A stretch of 64,000 nt of DNA from Piedraia hortae CBS 480.64. Taxonomy: Eukaryota. The notes beneath the pieces were generated by a model. It made no database searches and was not told where the DNA came from. It saw nothing but the letters and a program-made list of their open reading frames with translations. The stretch is from the NCBI GenBank assembly GCA_010093745.1, contig MU005962.1, forward strand, positions 310,001 to 374,000. The letters are read 5' to 3'. This document shows, piece after piece, positions 56,251 to 64,000 of this stretch (position 1 is its first letter; every line of letters begins with the position of its first letter). Both the position numbers and the translations under genes were made by a program.

Positions 56251-57062
56251 TCATTTCCGTAGGTTGTCCATCCTCGCCTGCAAGTCATCGTCTGGATCAC
56301 CTCCAATGGCCTGCGCAACCTTTCCGTTCGGAACGGCGGCTTGCTGTATGCCCTGGGGAGTTTCGCCTAGCTGGGATTGTTAGTCGTGGCGGATGAGTTG
56401 GAGCTTCGTGCAAGTCACGTACCAGTTGGCTCAGATCCACGCCGATCTCGTCGAGCACTTTGTTTACCACTTCTTCGCCTTCCTCTTCGTCTTCCAACCC
56501 AGTAACATCGTCGATGGCGTCATCCATCATCTCCTGTCGTTGGTCCATGATGTCATTTTCCTTTTCAAACTCCATGGCAATCCTCTGAAGAGCGGGGAGA
56601 TTCATCTGGCGGTTCATGCTACCCAATAACATCGTTGCCCCCTTCATGCTCTGCATCATCTGCTCGTTGCTCCGCACAGTCTGGGGGGGGGGGGTGTTAG
56701 CCATCAGCTAAGCAGACTATACAGGGTGGTTTTACCTGTATCCGGAGAGATATGGCCTGCAGCTGTGTCCGCATCTGGTAGAACTTTTGAATGTAACGTC
56801 TGGTGCGTACCAAGTCTTTTGCTTGGACTTTTACAGCCCCCATCTGGCCATTCTTAGCATTCTTCTTGATCTCTTGAACGAGCTTTTTTTCTTGATTTTC
56901 TAGTTTAATACGTTCACGATCCAGTTCCCTCTGCGTTTTCTCGAGCGCTCGTTGGTGTTTCCGCAGCCTCTCGGCCGGCGTCATTCGCTTCCCAAATGCC
57001 CATTCTATAATCTAGATTGATTAGACATGTATGCAAAGGGCCAAACACGAGCGTACATTCAT
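56251..57062 (-). CDS. DID4: ESCRT-III subunit Vps2/Did4
   Basis: Exons 57062-57057, 57011-56736, 56680-56423 and 56370-56251. MNIIEWAFGKRMTPAERLRK and the C-terminal MIM DDDLQARMDNLRK. Confidence 0.93.
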
Positions 57063-57214
57063 TGTTGCGAGACTGCCGTGCGGCTGATGTCGTGAGCATG
57101 GCCCCACGACTCATGTGCAATCGCGGGTAACGGCCCGACCCGCTCCGAAACGGTCCGTCTATCGGAATGCCACTGTTGGGGGGTGCGCAGAGTCGAACTC
57201 GACAGTCGGTGGCC

Positions 57215-59938
57215 ATGTCTTCAGACGCTTCAAACGGTCCCGGATATGCCGCTTCTGCTCCTGGGCCTAGCCGGGCCCGGCCACAGTATGTAACCGTGGG
57301 CAGCGGTCCCATGTCCCACAGTGCGGCGCAACTGCGAGCCATTCTGGACCAAGACGATGATTTCGGAACTATCGCAGATGGAGAAAAGGATGCAGCATTT
57401 AGCCTGGGTGCACTACACGATCGACCTACGCCCAGTCTTGGTGCGGACGCCACGGAACAAGAGCAGCGCGCGCGGACAAACTACTTGCTCCAGCAAATGT
57501 TCGATGCGAACCGCACGGCGCTCGTCAAGGCCATCAATCAGACCCTGGACCTGTTAGAAAAGCTGAAAAAAGAAAACGAAAAGTGGCCGGCGCATTTCCC
57601 GACCATCAAAGGACCTCCAACCCGTCCGCGGCCGCGAGAGGTGCGGCCAGGCATGGTACACACGCAGTCAACGTGGGACAACCGTCGCGGACTGGACTCT
57701 CCTCCTATGAGACCGCCGCTGCCCAATAGAACCGGCACTTCGCTGGGGGAACATCAGACGGGCGAATCCAGCCGGGATGTTGTGGCCTCTCCTCCTCCCG
57801 CTCCCGCACCCCGTCTGACTTCGGAAGCCGTCCACGACTATTCAATCCTCAAGATTGATCTGCAAATGACAGGCCTTTCGCAGGAGGAAATCAACCATTC
57901 GCTTAACAAACAGTCGGTGGCGTCGTTGTTGGGCAACCAGATCAAGGCAAGCAAACGCCATCTACTGGCTCTCAGAGACCGAATAGAGGACAAGTCAAGC
58001 AAGGTGCTGGTTACCGGTGATCTCAATGCCGGCAAATCGACGTTCTGCAATGCCCTGCTTCGTCGAAGTATTCTCCCAGTAGACGAACAGCCTTGCACCA
58101 GCATCTTCTGCGAGATCCTGGATTCCAAGGAAAACAGGGGTTTGGAGGAGGTCCACGCCATTCCACACAATTGTATCTACGACCGCAACGACGAGAGGAC
58201 GTATCAGCCTTTTCCGCTAACAAAGCTGGATGAAATTGTCACCGAGTGCGACAAGTATTCCCAGTGCAAAATATACGTCCAGGACGTGCGTCCAGTCGAG
58301 CAGTCTCTGCTCAATAATGGCGTCGTCGATATTGCCCTCATCGACGCTCCCGGCCTCAACAGTGACTCGCTGCAGACGACGGCTGTCTTTGCTCGCCAGG
58401 AGGAGATTGATGTGGTTGTGTTCGTTGTGTCTGCAGCCAATCAGTTCACCATCTCCGCCCGAGACTTCATCTTCAATGCTGCCAAGGAAAAGGCGTACAT
58501 GTTCATGGTAGTCAACGGATATGACCAGATCACTCACAAGGAACGGTGCAGGGAAAGGGTTTTAGGGCAGATTGCCGGTCTCAGTCCGGCAACGCACAAG
58601 GAAGCCTCTGAACTTGTGCATTTTGTGTCAAGCAACATGATTCCAGTTGCTCCCGCCCCCAGTGGACCCGGTGGACCAGGTGGTGACCCCGACAGCAGTT
58701 TCTCTCGGGGATCATCGTATGGCGGCGGCAAGCCCGATGGGGATGAGCCCGGGGATGACAAGCCCGACGACAGTGAGCCTGAATCCGGGTCGAAAAGTAA
58801 GGGCAAAGGCAAGCAGCGGGCGGCCGAGGACGACTTTGGCGAGCTGGAGACGTCCCTGAGGCGCTTTGTGCTTGAAAAACGATCTCGTTCCAAGTTGGCG
58901 CCGGCAAAGACATATCTGCTGAACATCCTTGGGGACCTTGGCGCCCTTGCCAGCACCAACGAAGAGTTTGCCCAGAGAGAACTTGACCGCGTTACGGCTG
59001 AGCTGAATCAAGTCGAGCCGGAGTATGAAAAGTCCAAGAAGGCTCGCAGCGATGCAGACCAGCAGGTCATCAACGAAATAGAGCAGGCGGTGCAGCAGTC
59101 GTACAACCTCACTCGCTCCTCAATCGATACCACAATCGCCCAGATGGCACAGCATGAATTTGGGATTGAATATCCCGGGTTCCTTGGTGCCTTTGATTAT
59201 GCTGATGATCTAAAGGAGGCAATGCTGGGTCGTGTTGCCGACACGGTGTATTGGTGCGAGGATCGGGCCCGCGACAGAGCAGCCCAAGGCTTTAACGCCA
59301 TCACCAACATTGGCGTGCTACATCTCGGCGACAAATTCGCAACTCTAGGTCGCCTGTCGGACATGTTTACCAAATCAAAACATGCACTTGCGCGGCAAGT
59401 CGACTTTGAGCCCGAGATATCCGACTTCTTTGACTTTGCCTTTCTCTGGGAGCAGCAGGAGAAAGTTGCGGGGACCGGCATGGCTTTCACCATTGCTGGT
59501 GTCGTGGGCTCACGGCTGATTGGGGGCGTAGGCTGGCTTGACAGTGCCCTTGCGGCCACGAGAGTCGTGGGCATTGACAATGCTCGACGGCTGTTCCTGC
59601 CTGGTCTCTTGCTCTCTGCCGCACTATGTGCCCTGTACACAATTTCACAGATCCCCCAATCGCTTCCCCGTCGACTAAGCACAAAGTTATCAACCCAACT
59701 AGTACAGCTCGATTATACACACGTCAACGCCAGACGCATCAGCTCCGAAGTGCAAAGGGCGCTCAATCGCCCGGCAAACAAACTCCGTGCACAGCTGCAG
59801 AGCACCATGGAGGTTCTTGAGCAGAAGAAGCAAACAACGACGAAAGTGCAGATGGAGAGCGAAGTTGCAAGAAAGTACTTTAGCAACCTCTTTGTGAGCA
59901 GTCGGGAGGCTCGTCAAAGAGTTCTGCATGTTGACCTC
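57215..59938 (+). CDS. FZO1: Mitofusin GTPase Fzo1 (3' end lost in an assembly gap)
   Basis: GDLNAGKSTF, DEQPCTS and IDAPGLN, two TM segments and C-terminal heptads. The frame runs into Ns at 59939. Confidence 0.93.
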
Positions 59939-59993
59939 NNNNNNNNNNNNNNNNNNNNNNNNNNNNNNNNNNNNNNNNNNNNNNNNNNNNNNN
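59939..59993. other. Assembly gap (55 N)
   Basis: Run of N. Confidence 1.
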
Positions 59994-60139
59994 AAAAAAA
60001 AAAATGGGGAGGGATTGGTGTTCAGGTGTGATGCGGTGAGATACCACAGATCTTCATGTCTCTTTTTATTCTGGGTTTTCTGTTCGTGTTAGCGTAGGTA
60101 TCTCTTCATGCAACTCAGTCTCCTAGCCGCCTTTCCACT

Positions 60140-60805
60140 TCAAAAAACCGAATACCCCTTCCATATGATCCACAAAATATCCACTCCTACAGTCAACAGA
60201 GCCCATTTCAACTCCAACTCAACCACGCTCCAAATCCACAACGTACCCAACGGAGGCGTCTGTTTCATCACCATGAAATAGTCATACTTTTTCGTAACAT
60301 GAATGGTATAACACCCGGTTACAACGGCAACAGCGCAAAAAAAGGTCTGCTTTAACACTGCAATACGGCCCATTGCAGGGGTATGCAAGATGTAGACTAG
60401 GAGAAAAAGAATAGGAAATGCCGTGGCAGTGCGTTGTATTATAGCCCCCCAAAGAATTGACTGGCGGTATTGATTGTACACTAACGTGTCGAACGTAAAG
60501 TGTAGCATTGTTAAGCTGATGGAGTAGAAGATGGCTTCGCCTAGGGGTCCGATGGGGGAATCATCTGGGCCGATCAGTCCAGCTCCTAGGATGTTTAAAA
60601 CACCACTTTCGTTCATGTGAATTTCTGGTCCATCTTCTTGGTCTGACTGGATCTGGGATAATGCTTCTTTTCGCTTCGTTATCGTATCCAAAAGTGTTTC
60701 GCCTTTTGGAGGCGCTTTGCGCGAGGGGTAAGCAAGAGGGATTTTGTCTGATGAACTAGTAGCCTTTACATCACGGCTAAAGGCGATTTTCTCGGCAGAT
60801 GGCAT
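60140..60805 (-). CDS. Fungal multi-pass membrane protein of unknown function
   Basis: Open frame with ~4 hydrophobic segments (LTMLHFTFDTLVYNQY; MKQTPPLGTLWIWSVVEL). TATATAAATA lies ~55-60 nt upstream of ATG 60805; alternative ATG at 60853. Confidence 0.75.
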   Translation of the reverse strand: MPSAEKIAFSRDVKATSSSDKIPLAYPSRKAPPKGETLLDTITKRKEALSQIQSDQEDGPEIHMNESGVLNILGAGLIGPDDSPIGPLGEAIFYSISLTMLHFTFDTLVYNQYRQSILWGAIIQRTATAFPILFLLVYILHTPAMGRIAVLKQTFFCAVAVVTGCYTIHVTKKYDYFMVMKQTPPLGTLWIWSVVELELKWALLTVGVDILWIIWKGYSVF

Positions 60806-61013
60806 TGTTTCGTACCACGCTCGTTGACCACTAACATCTGTCAAAAACCTCATTATCTATTTATATACCTCATTCCACATGCGCTAGGCAGTTGTGGGGA
60901 AGTCATCACATGTTGAAGAAAAAATCTCCGGGTACCCCGGCAACCAATCCAACGGCGATCGCAAACACTACGTCAAGAAAGAAAAAAAGAGTCGCATTCT
61001 GATAGCCTTACAG

Positions 61014-62082
61014 ATGGTCAAGTTCGGGGACTTTACGTCCCTATGCGCCGGAACGCCCTTGCCGCTCTGTCCTCTTGTCGGCGGAATCAACCCAATCACC
61101 GGCACGCATTACACCCAATCGAATTGCTATGCCCGCGCAATCGATGTTGCCAATACCGTCATCTTTGAGGCTGCGGCCGGTTTCGCACATATTATCACCC
61201 TCATCATGCTGATTGTTATGGTCCTCCATGTGCGGAGCAAGTTTACGGCTGTGGGCGAGTTCATCCGTTCAGGTATCGAGTGTCCAAACTAATGGGTGTA
61301 TAGGTCGCAAGGAAATCACGACATTCTTCTATCTTTACGGCCTGCTTACTGTGTGCTCTCTGATTATCGATTGTGGAGTTGTACCGCCCGGATCAGACGC
61401 TTTTGCGTATTTTGTTGCGGTCCAGCTCGGTCTCACATCAGCGACTTGCATTTGCCTGATGATTAACGGGTTCGTCGGTTTCCAGCTCTACGAAGATGGC
61501 ACCACGCTCTCTGTCTGGCTCATTCGCTGCTGCTCGCTCGTAATGTTCATCATCAGCTTTACCGTCTCGCTGATGACGCTCAAGGGCTTGGCAGGTGCAT
61601 CGCCGGATAACACAGTCGCCTTGTTCGTGATTGTCTACCTTTTCAGTGCCATCTTTCTGTTTGTGTATGTCATCATGCAGGTTATGCTGGTGATCGGCAC
61701 TCTGCAAGAACGATGGCCGCTGTTGCATATCAGCTTTGGCGTCTTGGCTTTTGTCGTGGCCCAGGTCGCGCTATATATCTTCAGCGACGGGATATGCAAT
61801 AGTATGCAACACTATCTGGACGGTCTGTTCTTCTCTACAATGTTGAACTTACTGGCCGTAATGATGGTGTACAAGGCAAGTTCCCTTTTATTGCAAAGTA
61901 GAAACTGCTAACCATGATAGTACTGGGATTCCATCACCAAAGAAGACCTCGAATTTTCAATTAGCCAGAGGCAGAACAACTGGGAAGTGAAAGAATTGCT
62001 GCCCAACGAGAGCAGAAAGAGCTCAATCTACCGCGACAGCGAGTACTTTCAGTCAAATGGCCAGCGACACTCGTTGAATTGA
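61014..62082 (+). CDS. CHS7: Chitin synthase export chaperone Chs7
   Basis: Exons 61014-61254, 61304-61875 and 61921-62082. FGDF..LC..TPLPLC, KFTAVG|RKEI, NGFVGFQLYEDGT and MMVYK|YWDSITKEDLEFS. Confidence 0.93.
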
Positions 62083-62313
62083 CTCTGAGTATATTGATGG
62101 GCTGATGATACAAACGACGAATAAGGGGTCAGAGCTGCTCCAAGTGCTTCGCGGAGCAGAACTTTTGGACCTTTGCCTAATTACGTTAATCAAACCAAAT
62201 GATGAATACTATTTGTACTGTATCTCGTGAATGTGGGCCTATATTGTTATAGCACGTGTGCGACTTGATACATGATGCAGCAAGACTACATAGGACTCTA
62301 GTGTTTCACTATG

Positions 62314-63990
62314 CTATGCCCGCAAATACAGGCTCGGTAACCTTAGCTCTTCGATGTCTTTGATGACCAGATCAAAAGGAATCATACTGGACATACTTGT
62401 AAAACTGTTTGAAGCGAACCCCAAGCCCATGATGGAAGCGGTGGGACTTCCCCAGTCGTCAGAGGACTCATCCAGCAAAACCATACTGCCCGAACCTCCA
62501 AGTTGCAAGAAGAGTGGCTCGTTCGTGCCGTTAACAATGTCCCGGCAAAGTGCGTGTGTGGCCTTTTTTAAAGCTCGACAGGCACAACCATCCTAGAGTC
62601 ATCTCGGAGATTTAGATGACAGGCTACGCGGTTTACCCGGCCGGCTGTCCACTGTGAGGTGCGCCCATATTTTACCACTTTGTATTCGCCCTCTGGGTAA
62701 GCATTTTCCACTTGATAGCGTTGCTCAAATGGGGCAGCCTCATGGCAACCATGGGGTTGTGTGGGGTAGGCATCGAGAGATCCAGCGACGCTCGTAGCAT
62801 GATTAGGCCCCATTTAAGGGCCCATTTCAGCCCGCGGCTAAAGGCACATCTCTCCACATCCTCCTTTCGCAATGAGGGTGGGTTGTCTGACCTGATGGTA
62901 GTCTTCCTCGGCGGCAGTTTTACTTTCCACGGTATTCAGGTCATTCTCCAGAGTTTCAACGAACTTCGTGTGATCCTCGTTGGAAGGACTGAGCACCTCG
63001 ATGTTGTGAATAGGAGCAATGATACCACTGTTTGGTGATAGTGGTTCATATACGGCAGGAAAAGCGGGATTACATCCCAGGACGTGGTAATGTGTGAGCC
63101 CAAATAGGCCAAGATCTCTCCCGTATTTCGTTGTAAGCCTCAGACGGCCACCACGCATGCCAGAGCCGACTGAAACATCGGTGCTGATAGAAGCGCCTAG
63201 ATTCAAATCGGCATAAGACGTTGCATTCACCTTGGGGCCCAGTATTCCTGACCTTTCAGCGCATTTGTCGACTGCAAGCCTATTCAGATAGGACAACTCT
63301 ACCTCCTAGGTGCCCCTTTCTGATGCAAGCATCCATCGAATCGTCGGCAAAATTTAAATCCACCAGACGTCGTTATTCGCGTCGCTGATCGTGATGACAA
63401 TTGTTGCCTTGAAGGGATTGGGGTTGTGGCCGTTGATGCGGCTTGGACGCTGCCACAGCAAGTCGACCGTTAGCCAGTCCAAGTGGTCAAACACGGCAAA
63501 AATTCTCGAATGCAGCCTTGTCCAGGTTGTGATCTCGTCCCTGTCAGAAGGCACCATGGTGCGTGTTTTTAAGCCCCCTGGATGGACGTAAACGTTTAGC
63601 ACCTCAACATGGACATCATCGTATTTTTTTGAGCGTTTAGAATCGCCCTAATACGCCAGATTGCGTTCTCCCATATTTGGGCCGATCCTTCTGTGGCGAA
63701 ATCATTGACCAAGAGGAAGATTGTGAGAGGCCCGCTGCCAACAGGCTGGTTCTGGTGATATTGTCTGGCTAGCTTGGGACGTCCCCACAATACCGACCTG
63801 TTCTGCGCAAGCAGCATTCCGGATTAGCGGAAGGATTTGGTAGATTCCCTTCGTGCGATCACTTTGCTCTGTTGGTGTCGATAACACAGGCATTATCAAC
63901 AGTATCGGGTGGCCCATACGATACACCACGCGCTTGTCAATCCCAGAATTATGCATGTCATCGTTGTTACGAAAATCATGTTGGATAGTC
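62314..63990 (-). pseudogene. Fragmented trypsin-fold serine protease-like gene
   Basis: Motifs in order across frames: GMRGGRL..FGLTHYHVL, KWALKWGLI (DWALI-like), VVKYGRTSQWTAGRV and EPLF.QLGGSGSMVL (GDSGS-like). Many stops and frameshifts. Confidence 0.65.
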
Positions 63991-64000
63991 ATGGTGCCCC

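Noticed and set aside
59939..60031. FZO1 C-terminus KKKWGGIGVQV given by the ORF track
   Set aside because: It is translated through an N gap, so the true stop is unknown.
1..64000. CRISPR arrays, rRNA, tRNA, telomerase template, intact transposons or a secondary-metabolite cluster
   Set aside because: None recognised by eye. The decarboxylase has only housekeeping neighbours. A tRNAscan/Infernal run would be needed to exclude small RNAs.

Overview
Eukaryotic, very gene-dense fungal DNA: a filamentous ascomycete, with Eurotiomycetes/Chaetothyriales only as an inference from gene style and short introns. About 30 conserved housekeeping genes occur in this order: cullin C-terminus (probably CUL4), CDT2, IBA57, CWC23, DCP2, MIP1, a SIM-RING ligase, MVP1, DCN1, a microbial-type PARG, MAS2, DMA1, EFL1/RIA1, a tandem-PH protein, TRM3, a short kinesin-3, TUF1, EHD3, TRS31, LAS1, NAD kinase, aromatic amino-acid decarboxylase, TDP1, a chromo-like/PHD protein, an alpha/beta hydrolase, SNF4, PTC1, VPS2/DID4, FZO1 (3' end in an N gap), a membrane protein and CHS7. 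Introns are 42-55 nt with one 187-nt exception, and several gene gaps are under 80 bp. Two decayed accessory tracts interrupt the array: ~17.6-24.5 kb (kinase pseudogene, hAT transposase relic, putative caspase-like pseudogene) and ~62.3-64 kb (trypsin-like protease pseudogene). Best candidates for something undescribed: a 3-exon gene combining a CHD1-like chromodomain with a cage-less ING-type PHD finger; a long, strongly base-paired EFL1 intron; a structured H/ACA-like intergenic RNA candidate; six CreA/Mig1 sites in the SNF4 promoter; two GC-AG introns in CHS7; CUL4-CDT2 adjacency with MCB boxes; and a possible mitochondrial TDP1 isoform. All calls come from motif reading only; no database searches were run.
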